Virus record (IMG/VR): IMGVR_UViG_3300025669_000046
Span: 1 to 50,826 of that record
Origin: a virus
Direction: 5' to 3' (one strand)
DNA length: 50,826 bases
Shown: positions 1-9,385 of the stretch, piece after piece
How the letters are laid out: each line of letters begins with the position of its first letter
How positions within the stretch are numbered: position 1 is the stretch's first letter
Position numbers and translations under genes: made by a program
The notes under the pieces: model-generated
What the model was told of the DNA's origin: nothing
The model's database searches: none
What the model saw: the letters and a program-made list of their open reading frames with translations, nothing else

Positions 1-240
1 TAGAACTATAATACCAACTTCGCCATTCACACTTGTAACTGGAGCCACATCAGAACCAATCTCCCATTGTGTGTTAGTTAAGTTATACTTTAAAATTGAA
101 TTACTAATAGGAGTTAATGTAGAATCTACATCATTTAAGTTTTTCAGTCCACCAAAGGATACACTCGAAGCAATTAATACATTTGTTGTTTCTTCCTCGA
201 TGCTAACAGTGTTCGAATCCTCTACAATTTCAATATTCAT
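1..240 (-). CDS. Fibre-like virion protein, N-terminal part (runs off left edge)
   Basis: Not in ORF track. ATG at 240 opens an 80-codon frame to the edge: MNIEIVEDSNTV...LKNLNDVD...APVTSVNGEVGIIVL. PVTSVNG-x-x-G is a common phage fibre repeat. Confidence 0.65.
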   Translation of the reverse strand, partial: MNIEIVEDSNTVSIEEETTNVLIASSVSFGGLKNLNDVDSTLTPISNSILKYNLTNTQWEIGSDVAPVTSVNGEVGIIVL

Positions 241-245
241 ATTTA

Positions 246-614
246 TCACTCATCAATTGTTATGCTTCTATTTATTTCTACCTTACCCTCTAGTATGTAT
301 GATGCATCTAAAGTCACAGGTTTTATAAATCTTATATCATACATGGCATCTGAAAAATCATAAGTAACAGTATCAGTTTTTGCAATGATTAAATATACAA
401 TTCCAGATATCGCTTCAGACATATCAATTCCATTATTCGCGATTGTAAGCTCTTGTATAACTGTATCATTATAATATTGCCTAATCTGCATTTTAACTAA
501 GTAATCAGTTAAATTAATAACCGATCCATCATCCTCAGTCAGGGTCAATTTAATTTTCCAGGACTCACCTTGGACAATTGATATATCATAACTTCCTACT
601 TCACTCATTTTCAC
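246..614 (-). CDS. Virion structural protein (beta-sandwich, baseplate/BppU-N-like)
   Basis: Pattern IVQGESW..LTL..DG..INLT.Y..KMQIR...YDIRF...ILEGKV is typical of small phage structural beta-sandwich proteins. Likely start is ATG at 608 after AGGTG. Confidence 0.6.
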   Translation of the reverse strand: MKMSEVGSYDISIVQGESWKIKLTLTEDDGSVINLTDYLVKMQIRQYYNDTVIQELTIANNGIDMSEAISGIVYLIIAKTDTVTYDFSDAMYDIRFIKPVTLDASYILEGKVEINRSITIDE

Positions 615-620
615 ACCTAA

Positions 621-968
621 TTAAATTACCTCAATAAATAAATAAACCACAGCAGTTAAAAATGTAACTACACCAGCCACAATTCCTGTGTATGCTAATG
701 CCTTTCCTTCTTTTTTATCTATCCAGCTCTGTTGTGTTCTATCCCGTACATCGAGAATCTGGATCTTCTTGCAATGATCCTTTGTTTCGCTTTCTAACTT
801 TACAACCTTACCATTAGTCTTTGTTGCCTGGATCTTCACATCATTGACTTTTGTGTCAATGATGTCAGTCTTATCATGAAGCCTATCAATCTTTATGTCT
901 AAATTTTTTATGTTATCATTAATTAAAAATATTACATCTTTATATGAAATATCATTGCTTTCCATCAT
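621..968 (-). CDS. Coiled-coil protein with C-terminal transmembrane helix (holin-like/membrane anchor)
   Basis: Heptad-rich N-terminus (IKNLDIKIDRLHDKTDIIDTKV) and hydrophobic C-terminus (ALAYTGIVAGVVTFLTAVVYLFIEVI). Confidence 0.55.
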   Translation of the reverse strand: MMESNDISYKDVIFLINDNIKNLDIKIDRLHDKTDIIDTKVNDVKIQATKTNGKVVKLESETKDHCKKIQILDVRDRTQQSWIDKKEGKALAYTGIVAGVVTFLTAVVYLFIEVI

Positions 969-1013
969 ACTTTTACACCTTTATACTTTATATCCTTATA
1001 TCTTTATATTTCT

Positions 1014-2750
1014 CTATTGCTCCACTATATTCTTCATTTTTATATTAGCTATTCTATCACCGTCATCTAAGTCGGCTACAAAGTACTCGCTTGTGGTATA
1101 GGTTGTGTCTTGTACTGGATTAGTTCCTGAACCACCGCTTGGGTCTACTAATGTCCAGTTAGTGTCACCAAAATCACCACCTTTTATGAACACAGCGAAT
1201 GTATTAGCAGGATAAACAACACTTCCACCTGCTCCTGAGATGTCCGGGAACACACCCTCGCTGGATAGTCGTGCGACTTTTAGTCTGTAATAAGTGTTGT
1301 TGTCGATGTAAGATGCTGCTGTTACAAATAAAATAGAAATTCCAGAATTAATTAATGAAAGTTTCTCATCTGAACTTATGTTTATTCTATATCCCCCATT
1401 ATCTGCTGAGTTCGTATTTGAATCTAAAAATGAAACTGATATTGAATTTCCAGCTCCACCTTTATACAAATCAAATTCCCATTCACCATAGGCTTGTTTG
1501 CTCTGTACAGCAGTTGTGCCTGCACTGTCACACTCTAGGTACTTAGTCCCAACCTTCAAGTCTGTAAGCACAGAGTCTGCTATTGCCATTTCATCTGTAA
1601 AATAAGTACCAGTGCCAGTTATGAAGGGGTCTTTAGTTCCAACAATGCCATCAGCACCGTCGTAGATCATGTTGTCTCTAAAGTACACCTCTTGAAAGGA
1701 ATTGTGGTATGCCTTAGCCTGAGTTGGTGTTAGTTCATAATTATAAAAATTCAAGTCAGCAATATCAAATGCACCATAGGATGTATCATTCAGAGCTAGT
1801 GTACACGCACTCATATCTACATCAGTTGAGCTGGTAATTACCACATTATGCCAAAGCCCAGCTGAGATTGTATCATTATCACTACCATTAATATAAGCAT
1901 TATCAAACTCTGCATAGGTTAATGTTCCTGCACTTGCTAGTATTAATTTATCATTAGCTGCACCCTCGAGTATTTGCTCAGTTGTAGTCGCTAGTTTAAT
2001 TCTGAAAGACACAGACTTTACATTGCCTAGATTTCCTAAAACTTCTTTGTCATCCACGCCATCAAACACAAGGCTGCCTTTGCCATCACTCAATGCACCA
2101 GAGATGGTACCAGTATTCCCATTCCCTGAGGTGTCAGTTAGAACACCATCCCCGCTTGGGATCATGTTATAAGATGCTACTAGACCAGTCTCCTTGCTCA
2201 GGTCAGCCTGCTTAAGAACTGGACTTGGGGCGTACTTAGTTTCATATAAGTTAAAAGAGTGTTGAAACTCCTCCATTAAATCGTTTCTTTCTTGTGTGGT
2301 TAGAAGTGCATCAAAACAAATGATTCTAGCAATATAAGTTTTTGTAGTTGGTGTAACTTCTAGGTCTGTTGAGAAATCTATACCACCACTAAATTGGCTT
2401 TCGGACATCTGCCATTCATTCAATACAGCAACATCACTATCTAAGTTATTAACATAATTCTCGGTTAGTCCAGTTCCTGAATATGAACCACCAGTAATTT
2501 CGAGCTTATCAGAACCATCATCTAAAAGAATTTTAGTGTTATCTATTGGTTTTATAAACATTATAATGGTCTTAACCCCAGTTAAAGTTACACCACTATC
2601 AATATCAGTAGCACTACCATCAAACAGCATAGCCTGACCCTTCTCGGTCTGCTTAAACCCACCAGTACCTGCTGTTAGTGTGCCTTTTATATTACTTACA
2701 GTATCTCGTAAACTCCCAAGTCGTGCATCAAAATTAAAAATCATAGACAT
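1014..2750 (-). CDS. LamG/concanavalin-A-like multi-domain virion protein (putative glycan-binding fibre)
   Basis: Two LamG-type starts (FNFDARLGSLRDTVSNIKGTL...MLFDGS; LVASYNM...LTDTSGNGNTGTISG...LVFDGVDD), plus WHNVVIT and DLNFYNYELTPTQAKAYH. Confidence 0.75.
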   Translation of the reverse strand: MSMIFNFDARLGSLRDTVSNIKGTLTAGTGGFKQTEKGQAMLFDGSATDIDSGVTLTGVKTIIMFIKPIDNTKILLDDGSDKLEITGGSYSGTGLTENYVNNLDSDVAVLNEWQMSESQFSGGIDFSTDLEVTPTTKTYIARIICFDALLTTQERNDLMEEFQHSFNLYETKYAPSPVLKQADLSKETGLVASYNMIPSGDGVLTDTSGNGNTGTISGALSDGKGSLVFDGVDDKEVLGNLGNVKSVSFRIKLATTTEQILEGAANDKLILASAGTLTYAEFDNAYINGSDNDTISAGLWHNVVITSSTDVDMSACTLALNDTSYGAFDIADLNFYNYELTPTQAKAYHNSFQEVYFRDNMIYDGADGIVGTKDPFITGTGTYFTDEMAIADSVLTDLKVGTKYLECDSAGTTAVQSKQAYGEWEFDLYKGGAGNSISVSFLDSNTNSADNGGYRINISSDEKLSLINSGISILFVTAASYIDNNTYYRLKVARLSSEGVFPDISGAGGSVVYPANTFAVFIKGGDFGDTNWTLVDPSGGSGTNPVQDTTYTTSEYFVADLDDGDRIANIKMKNIVEQ

Positions 2751-3511
2751 ATTATATCCCTCATAAATTTTTCATAATAATCTTGCCATTTACTTCTATT
2801 CCAATTTGTTTTAGCATGACAAACATTACATAAGGTTATTAAATTAATTAATTCATTATTATTTTTATTATAATCTATATGATGAATATGAAGTATTCTT
2901 TCTTTATCTGATATTCCACATTCTTGACAAATATAATTATCTCTTTCTCTAATTAACTGTTTTAATTTATTATTCCATTCTTTAGGATAAATTTCAAAAG
3001 AAATACCTCCTTTCCATCCTGGTGCATTTTCTCCTTTATATATTTCTCCAAAATGTTTTGACATACAATCTTTAGAACAATAAGGTAAATGATGTCTTAC
3101 ACTTAAACTTCTTTTTATAATACTTTTACCACAATAAGTGCATTCTACTTCTGAATATTTTCGTTCTATTCTATAATTATCATAACACTTTCTATTACAA
3201 AAATGTATTGAATGTCTATTATCTTCATTATTAGTAATCAATACTTTTTCACCACAATAATTACACATAACAAGTTTACCAGTGAATCTTATACTATCCA
3301 CACCAGAAGGTTGAGGATTTTTAATTTGATACTTTTTTTGTGCATCGTGTAATTTTTGTTTAGTTTCGTCTGTCATGGGATTTTCTTCCTTCCATTTATA
3401 TAAACATTCTTTACAACAAAAATGGTGACTATCTCTTTTACATCTAAATGGTTTCTTGTTAAACCTAGTTTTACATTGATCACATTCTACCATGTTTGCT
3501 ACTTTATTCAT
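2741..3511 (-). CDS. HNH homing endonuclease with repeated N-terminal zinc-binding modules
   Basis: Three CxxC...FC/YC-x3-C modules, then IRERDNYICQECG...LHIHHIDYNKNNNELINLITLCNVCHAKTN (HNH core). Confidence 0.9.
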   Translation of the reverse strand: MNKVANMVECDQCKTRFNKKPFRCKRDSHHFCCKECLYKWKEENPMTDETKQKLHDAQKKYQIKNPQPSGVDSIRFTGKLVMCNYCGEKVLITNNEDNRHSIHFCNRKCYDNYRIERKYSEVECTYCGKSIIKRSLSVRHHLPYCSKDCMSKHFGEIYKGENAPGWKGGISFEIYPKEWNNKLKQLIRERDNYICQECGISDKERILHIHHIDYNKNNNELINLITLCNVCHAKTNWNRSKWQDYYEKFMRDIICL

Positions 3512-3587
3512 TTCTTTTCACATTTAAACACAAAATTCCGATAGCCGATAACCGATTACCAGATAAAATATTATATTTTTTGAAATA

Positions 3588-5060
3588 TTATGGTACTACT
3601 GCACAACGCAGCCCGAGGCCGGTGCTCAAGGTCGAAGGACCATCGTTCAGGAGCAAGGCCAAAGACCCAGCATAAGAACCAGAGCCCCAGGAACCACTCC
3701 GCAGGAACCCACGCACTGTCGTTGATGCACTTGATCTATTACTATTGGTGTATATTCTACCCACACCATTGCTTGAGTTGTAATTCCCACGCATAAACAA
3801 ATCATTCCTACTCAAAGTAGTGTTACCTAAGTCAGTTTCATCTATATATTTTACATCACTATCAGCCTGGTTGTATCCAAACCAATTAAACCCAGCATTA
3901 TTCTCAGTACCATCATCATTGAACCCATCAGGCTGGTCTTTGCTTTGGATTGTATCACTGCACCAATTCCATACATTCCCTGCAAAGTCCCAAATGCACT
4001 GACCATTACTCAAAAATAAAGTACGTCTTTGGTATCCTGAGCTCTGACCAGTTCCTGAGTATCCATCATTATCATCCGTGCTCGCTGCTAGACTGTTTGC
4101 TGGAGTTCCGTCATTGTGCCCACTATAAATATAACCAGTTCCCACTGTTCCTGAGCTCCAGTTAGACTTGACATTTTCTATGTTCCTGGCAATGGACATC
4201 CATTGTGTGTTTGTAATTAATTGAACAGTGCAAGTTGCAAGGTCTGAGTCCAGTGCTCTAAAGCTATCTTGAAGTGCTGCACACTCTGCTATGCTCGCAG
4301 TTTGGGTTATGTTCACCCAGGGAGTTCCGTCTGCCCTGCTCTCTGCCTCATAAGCTGAGTCATAAGCTATATTCCCATCAGCAATACCCTTAATCTTCAT
4401 ATCATACTTAGACACAAAGAAACCCTTAGCGCCTGTTATGTAATCCGCTGGGACATACACAAATCCTTTATCTGCCATTTTCCGCATTATATGCTCTGAG
4501 GTTCTGCCTCTGTACTTTCTTTTGTGGTACATCGCCTCTACTTCACCAGGAGTCAGTGTGCCTTGATATATCTCAACTAAGTCCATTGTGCCTAGAAATT
4601 CATCTGAATTAGAAAATCTTGAACCAATTAATGTTTTATTGGCACCAGTTCCTTCTATTAAAGTTATTCCAGTTATAATTATTTCATTATTAACTCCTGC
4701 TACTGTAGTAGTAGTTGCAACACCATTAACATAAGCAGTCCCACTTTGAGCACTTAAATTTCCAGTAGTTACATCAAATCTAACAAAACCAACTCCATCA
4801 ACATTAGTCCCTTCACAGGTAAATAAATATCTATAACCTGCAAAACTCGTAGGATTACATCTAATCCTCACACTATAAGTACCATTCAAATCAAGGTCAT
4901 AATTTATCTTAGAGCTTGTACCATTAAATGTTCCCTTTCCATTACTGAAGTCTACATCGGTTGGTACACCATTATTTATTTTTCTTGTTATTTGTTCTGA
5001 TTCAAAGGTTTCCTTAAAAATAAGAGAACTACTTATACCATAACGTGATTCTTTAGTCAT
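3588..5060 (-). CDS. LamG-like + FGE-sulfatase/C-type-lectin-fold receptor-binding protein; DGR target-type C-terminus
   Basis: FFVSKYDMK, PWVNITQTASIAEC, LITNTQWMSIA, IWDFAGNVWNWC and a terminal RSGSW...GSLAL.L...PS....GLRC are CLec/FGE motifs. Likely start is ATG at 5060 after GAGGGT (the track uses 5075). Confidence 0.85.
   Translation of the reverse strand: MTKESRYGISSSLIFKETFESEQITRKINNGVPTDVDFSNGKGTFNGTSSKINYDLDLNGTYSVRIRCNPTSFAGYRYLFTCEGTNVDGVGFVRFDVTTGNLSAQSGTAYVNGVATTTTVAGVNNEIIITGITLIEGTGANKTLIGSRFSNSDEFLGTMDLVEIYQGTLTPGEVEAMYHKRKYRGRTSEHIMRKMADKGFVYVPADYITGAKGFFVSKYDMKIKGIADGNIAYDSAYEAESRADGTPWVNITQTASIAECAALQDSFRALDSDLATCTVQLITNTQWMSIARNIENVKSNWSSGTVGTGYIYSGHNDGTPANSLAASTDDNDGYSGTGQSSGYQRRTLFLSNGQCIWDFAGNVWNWCSDTIQSKDQPDGFNDDGTENNAGFNWFGYNQADSDVKYIDETDLGNTTLSRNDLFMRGNYNSSNGVGRIYTNSNRSSASTTVRGFLRSGSWGSGSYAGSLALLLNDGPSTLSTGLGLRCAVVP
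3603..3716 (-). other. DGR variable region (VR)-like segment
   Basis: 38 codons with only 8 A in 114 nt and 70/114 G+C (hand count) in an AT-rich gene. Putative variable codons are all NNY and sit where a template would carry AAY. Confidence 0.8.
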
Positions 5061-5241
5061 ATTTATTACCCTCAAATATATTATAAATCTTACTAATATG
5101 TTCTTTAAATTCTTTAGTCATATTACCACAAATACATTTACATAACCATTTATTACTACCATTATTAGTTTTACCATTTAATTCAATAACCGTTAAATCA
5201 CCAAATTGTTTTCCAGTTAAATCATGTGCTTTTCTTGGCAT
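5053..5241 (-). pseudogene. Truncated homing-endonuclease N-terminal fragment
   Basis: DLTGKQFGDLTVI...KWLCKCICGN is the N-terminal DNA-binding motif of HNH/AP2-type phage endonucleases. No nuclease domain follows. Confidence 0.7.
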
Positions 5242-5360
5242 ATCATCACTTTATAAGTATCATCCAGCGTCATCTGGTCTCCATCGAGTCCGTCATATCA
5301 ACACTGGGGTTCATTGTAGCTATGCGTTATGCTCAACACACAATGCATAGGTCTATAGAT

Positions 5361-5792
5361 TTATTCTTGTTGAGTATAATGTGCTTTAAGTTCTTCCCAG
5401 GTCATGTCGCCCTTGAGTTCATTAAAGACTTCTTCAACTCCCCAGTGTTGGTACACATCAAAGTCTTCTAAAAACTTAACTTGTGTAGTAGGGGTATAAT
5501 AAACTACAGCACTTATCAGTTCATTAGTATCCACATCATACTCAGCTGGAGTGATAATGTGTTTACCTTTTAGCTTTAATTCCATATCTGACACTAACAT
5601 TTGTTTAGCAGATTTTACTTCATTATAAATAGCCTGGATATCTTCAACCTTCAAGTGTACATTGCCTGGGTTATCAGTAATATAACTATTCATAATTGTC
5701 ATTGCGTTAAAGTCATTATTCCCAAAGTTAGCATAACCATCTTTAATTTGTTGCACTATTTTTATTTTTATTGCATCTTCCATATCATTCAC
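5361..5792 (-). CDS. Hypothetical virion-associated protein
   Basis: 143-aa ORF with GGTGA RBS inside the structural operon. No motif recognised. Confidence 0.6.
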   Translation of the reverse strand: MNDMEDAIKIKIVQQIKDGYANFGNNDFNAMTIMNSYITDNPGNVHLKVEDIQAIYNEVKSAKQMLVSDMELKLKGKHIITPAEYDVDTNELISAVVYYTPTTQVKFLEDFDVYQHWGVEEVFNELKGDMTWEELKAHYTQQE

Positions 5793-5809
5793 CTATTAAT
5801 ATATATTAT

Positions 5810-5953
5810 TTAAGGATACTCGTGATAGTATACCTTTACGTCTGTTGTATTTGCTATAGTATTACCTGAGCTATCCGCAGTTAGTGTAGTACCAATACCA
5901 TCAAGAATGTCTTGTGATAAAGTACCACCTTCACTTTCTTTAATACCGTTCAT
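5810..5953 (-). CDS. Small hypothetical protein (47 aa)
   Basis: Not in ORF track: MNGIKESEGGTLSQDILDGIGTTLTADSSGNTIANTTDVKVYYHEYP. It fills the gap between co-directional genes with structural-type codon usage. Confidence 0.55.
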   Translation of the reverse strand: MNGIKESEGGTLSQDILDGIGTTLTADSSGNTIANTTDVKVYYHEYP

Positions 5954-5961
5954 ATAAATTG

Positions 5962-6849
5962 TTATACTAGATAACCACCATCTACACAAGACATATATTC
6001 AATTGTTACTGTTAGGTCTGTTGCGGTTGCTCCTGTTCCTTGTAGGTCAATTGCTATGGTCTTTGTTGCGGCAAGTCGTACTGCACCAGTCCAGCCTACT
6101 TGTTTATCAGCTGCGTCCAGGTTTGCCTGTATAGCATCAGTAGTACCAATAAATTCTACTACTTGATTCACTCCACCCTCAACTGCACAGGTTGTCATAT
6201 CTGCTGTTTGTGCTGCATCAGCGTGAATTGTCACTGACTTAATCATACAAGGCTGTGTAGTAATTGTTGCAACTGTAGTTACTCCTGCATTAGCTGCTGC
6301 TGTAATACTTACTTCTTTAACTTGAATTACACCGTATTCTCTTCTATAAGCAGTTGGGGTTGCTGTTGTCCCGTCCAAGAAATCTTGATTTGTGTCTACT
6401 ACTGTGTCAATAGTTACTAAACTTGCTGGTATATCAGTTACCACTGCTGTGTTTAAAGTTGTAATTGTAGCAGGAATTGTTGTACCAGTATCTGCAAGAA
6501 TATCTGTAACATTACTTTGAAGTGTAGTTAATGCACCAGCATCAGGAATTACATCAGTTACTGCTTTTACAGCAGTCACATCACTTTGAAGTGTTGTGAT
6601 TGTGCCTGGAATTGTTGTTCCTGTGTCATTTAAAATATGTGTAATATCACTTTGAGCTGTTGTAATTGTTCCAGGAATTGTAGTTCCTGTATCTAACACA
6701 ATTTGCTTAGATACGGCTACTAATGAATCACCCGCAGTTGTGTCAGATTTCTTACCTACTACATCAACAACGTTTACATCATCAGCAGAGTCCTCTGCTG
6801 GGACTGCAATCTCAGTTGTGAAGTCGGTCTTAGTTAATTGATTTTTCAT
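5962..6849 (-). CDS. Virion fibre/whisker-like protein with ~22-aa repeats
   Basis: Repeats DTGTTIPGTITT(A/L)QSD(I/V)T; Thr/Ala/Val/Asp-rich. Confidence 0.6.
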   Translation of the reverse strand: MKNQLTKTDFTTEIAVPAEDSADDVNVVDVVGKKSDTTAGDSLVAVSKQIVLDTGTTIPGTITTAQSDITHILNDTGTTIPGTITTLQSDVTAVKAVTDVIPDAGALTTLQSNVTDILADTGTTIPATITTLNTAVVTDIPASLVTIDTVVDTNQDFLDGTTATPTAYRREYGVIQVKEVSITAAANAGVTTVATITTQPCMIKSVTIHADAAQTADMTTCAVEGGVNQVVEFIGTTDAIQANLDAADKQVGWTGAVRLAATKTIAIDLQGTGATATDLTVTIEYMSCVDGGYLV

Positions 6850-6861
6850 TCATAATCACCC

Positions 6862-7572
6862 TTAATAACTCTTTATTATATTATCATTTATAATATTAAT
6901 ACATTTATCTATATTATTTATTATATCATGTTCCCAAAATCTTAATAATACCCAACCACATTTAAATATATATGCATTTTTAGATTTATCACGATTTTTA
7001 ACATCTGTTCTATTATGCCAATAATCACCATCACACTCAATTATTATTTTATCTTTAATAATAGCAAAATCACAAACAAATTTATTCTTAAAATTATATT
7101 GATGTATATAATTTATACCACACTTTTTTAATTTATTTTTCATTATAATTTCTATATTAGTATTTATTTGTTTATATTTACCATTAATTAAGTTTTTAAT
7201 AGTTGCATTTCGCATCAATTGCTTTGATGCCTCAGTGTGTTTTTTATCTTTCATACCAGAAACTCTACCAGTCATTATTTTACTTTGACGTGCTCTTTGT
7301 GTTAATGATATAATTTTACCTTTATGTATTTTACTTATCTTTTGTTTAAAACTTAATGATTTGGGTCTTCCTTTTAATGTTACACTTATTTTTTGTTTAA
7401 CACTTTCAGGCATAGATTTTCCTTTCAACCAATTATTAGCACCAACTTTCAATTTTGTTTCTTCAGAAAGATGTTTACCTAAACGTGATTGTCTTAATTT
7501 TTCTTTAGAAACATCATTATGTCTAAAATATATAGGATGACCTTTTTGAAAACCTTTAAGTCCTTTTGTCAT
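6862..7572 (-). CDS. NUMOD3 + Vsr/DUF559-like (EDxHD-type) homing endonuclease
   Basis: GKHLSEETK, KKHTEASK NUMOD3 motifs; FVCDFAI...IIIECDGDYWH...RD...LLRFWEHDI. Confidence 0.85.
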   Translation of the reverse strand: MTKGLKGFQKGHPIYFRHNDVSKEKLRQSRLGKHLSEETKLKVGANNWLKGKSMPESVKQKISVTLKGRPKSLSFKQKISKIHKGKIISLTQRARQSKIMTGRVSGMKDKKHTEASKQLMRNATIKNLINGKYKQINTNIEIIMKNKLKKCGINYIHQYNFKNKFVCDFAIIKDKIIIECDGDYWHNRTDVKNRDKSKNAYIFKCGWVLLRFWEHDIINNIDKCINIINDNIIKSY

Positions 7573-7578
7573 ATATCA

Positions 7579-9252
7579 TTACCAACTTTTTCTCTGTTTT
7601 ATGATGAATGTATTTGTAGCACCATTATTGATTACTTTATACCTATAATATTTATAGTTGAGATTATCAAAGTCCCATGCAAAGGTTAAAGTGCCATTAG
7701 TCACAGCCATACTATTCACTGTGCTGTCGTTCTCTGCATCATAACCATAAATTGAAATCCAATCCCTGTTAGCTGCAGTTGCGTCTTCGTCATTTGTGGC
7801 TTCAATGGTCATTGTAATTACACCATCACCGTCAATGAACTTACCAGTCACACTTAGATTCTTATAACCATCCATTGTTGAACCACTTGAGCTTGGGTAG
7901 TAGTTTGTTGCAGCTGCCACGTCTGTGGTGTCAACTACCGATTCTGTTACATATCTTGCATAAGCTGGGTTCTGCACACTATTCTTCTGTACATCTAAGC
8001 CATAATCCATACTCACTAATGGAGCATTGATTCCTAGTTCATAAACATCACCACTTGCGAATGGTGTGCCTGCACCGTTAATTGTTAATACGCCTGAGCT
8101 AATTGTTAATGTTACTCCATTCAGACCACTCACATAATAAACTGCACCACTTCCTGCGGTTGGGATTATCTTAACATATACTAATTGTGCATTGCTTGTT
8201 ATGGCTGGATAATCTCCAGTTAGTGTGGCTGTTACATTAGAAGTGTACGCAATTGCTCCACCTTCAGTTCCTACTCTGAAATTAGCAAATGGAATTGGTA
8301 ACTCAGCGTCTAAGCTTGCATCTACCTTTAGCTTGCCTGAGCTTGTGTATTGTTGGATTACTCTATCACCATCAGTAAAGGTTGGGGCTGTAGCATTGTA
8401 CTGTCCACCAATTGGAACTGGATAATCTGTTCCTGGATAAGCTGCATTATCTGCTACTAAAGCTACACCAGCGATTGAGCTTACATCACTTTTTAATGAA
8501 TTAATAGTTGCTATAATATCTACTTCACTTGTGCCATCTGTAAGTGTTACAAAACCTGGTCTGGCTGTTGCGTCCATAGTTGGCATTGTGTTAGTACCAT
8601 CTGTTATATATTGATAACCTGCTCTTCCTACAGCATCCATTGTGTTTGCAGTGTTTGTGCCATCTGTCAAATAAAAATAACCAGCTCGACCAACAGCATC
8701 AAGAGTAGGCATATCATTAGTTCCATCAGTAACATTTACATTTAATGCTTTCTTAGATCCTGTAGACTCTACTACAACCTCAGTTGTACCATCAGTTATG
8801 TTTGTCATTTGTGTTTTATCAGTAAATCTGCTTGTGCCTCTATACACAATCTCGAATTCATCAGTACTCAATGGTAACGGTGTACCAGGTTCTTGATTCG
8901 CTATTATAATTTTTAAAGTTGTAGCAGTTACAACTGCACCTTTAGTGTTATAAACCCAACCTTGAGTTTTATTTTCTACTTTAATTATATCTTCTAACAC
9001 TAATCCTGCTACACTATCAAATCCAATTATATCTGTGTCATCACCTAGATTTGTAGTTGTTACATAATAATCATGCCCAGAGGCCTCACTCATCTCTGCT
9101 GTGATAGACATAGAGTCTACGGTTACAACTGCATCAACTGGTAACGGATTTGTGGCAGTTGCCATGTTTATTCCGTCTTTTCCAAGAACTAGAGTTTTCT
9201 TAACACCACTGGAATAATCCTGTGTTCCAGGAGTGTCTGTTTTTTTTGCCAT
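7579..9252 (-). CDS. Large virion structural protein with 21-aa TDGT repeats
   Basis: Repeats TDGTNDMPTLDAVGRAGYFYL / TDGTNTANTMDAVGRAGYQYI / TDGTNTMPTMDATARPGFVTL; beta-rich C-terminus. Confidence 0.6.
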   Translation of the reverse strand: MAKKTDTPGTQDYSSGVKKTLVLGKDGINMATATNPLPVDAVVTVDSMSITAEMSEASGHDYYVTTTNLGDDTDIIGFDSVAGLVLEDIIKVENKTQGWVYNTKGAVVTATTLKIIIANQEPGTPLPLSTDEFEIVYRGTSRFTDKTQMTNITDGTTEVVVESTGSKKALNVNVTDGTNDMPTLDAVGRAGYFYLTDGTNTANTMDAVGRAGYQYITDGTNTMPTMDATARPGFVTLTDGTSEVDIIATINSLKSDVSSIAGVALVADNAAYPGTDYPVPIGGQYNATAPTFTDGDRVIQQYTSSGKLKVDASLDAELPIPFANFRVGTEGGAIAYTSNVTATLTGDYPAITSNAQLVYVKIIPTAGSGAVYYVSGLNGVTLTISSGVLTINGAGTPFASGDVYELGINAPLVSMDYGLDVQKNSVQNPAYARYVTESVVDTTDVAAATNYYPSSSGSTMDGYKNLSVTGKFIDGDGVITMTIEATNDEDATAANRDWISIYGYDAENDSTVNSMAVTNGTLTFAWDFDNLNYKYYRYKVINNGATNTFIIKQRKSW

Positions 9253-9361
9253 CTTTAATCACCATTTTTTTTATTTGAGTATACATACCCATAGGATTAT
9301 GAATCCCAATATAAATTGTAAATATTAATGCTATATATTATATATATTTAACATAATTTAA

Positions 9362-9384
9362 TTTATAAATATATTTAATATTTT
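9362..9384 (-). promoter_or_regulatory. Late-type BRE-TATA promoter (AAAATATTAAATATATTTATAAA)
   Basis: Identical 23-mer at 20188-20210; variants at 14264-14286, 23426-23448, 30266-30287. All lie upstream of minus-strand gene starts. Confidence 0.65.
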
Positions 9385-9385
9385 A

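Noticed and set aside
5241-5360. GC-richer gap as the DGR template repeat or an ncRNA
   Set aside because: No similarity to the VR scaffold, no AAY-rich pattern, and no convincing fold recognised.
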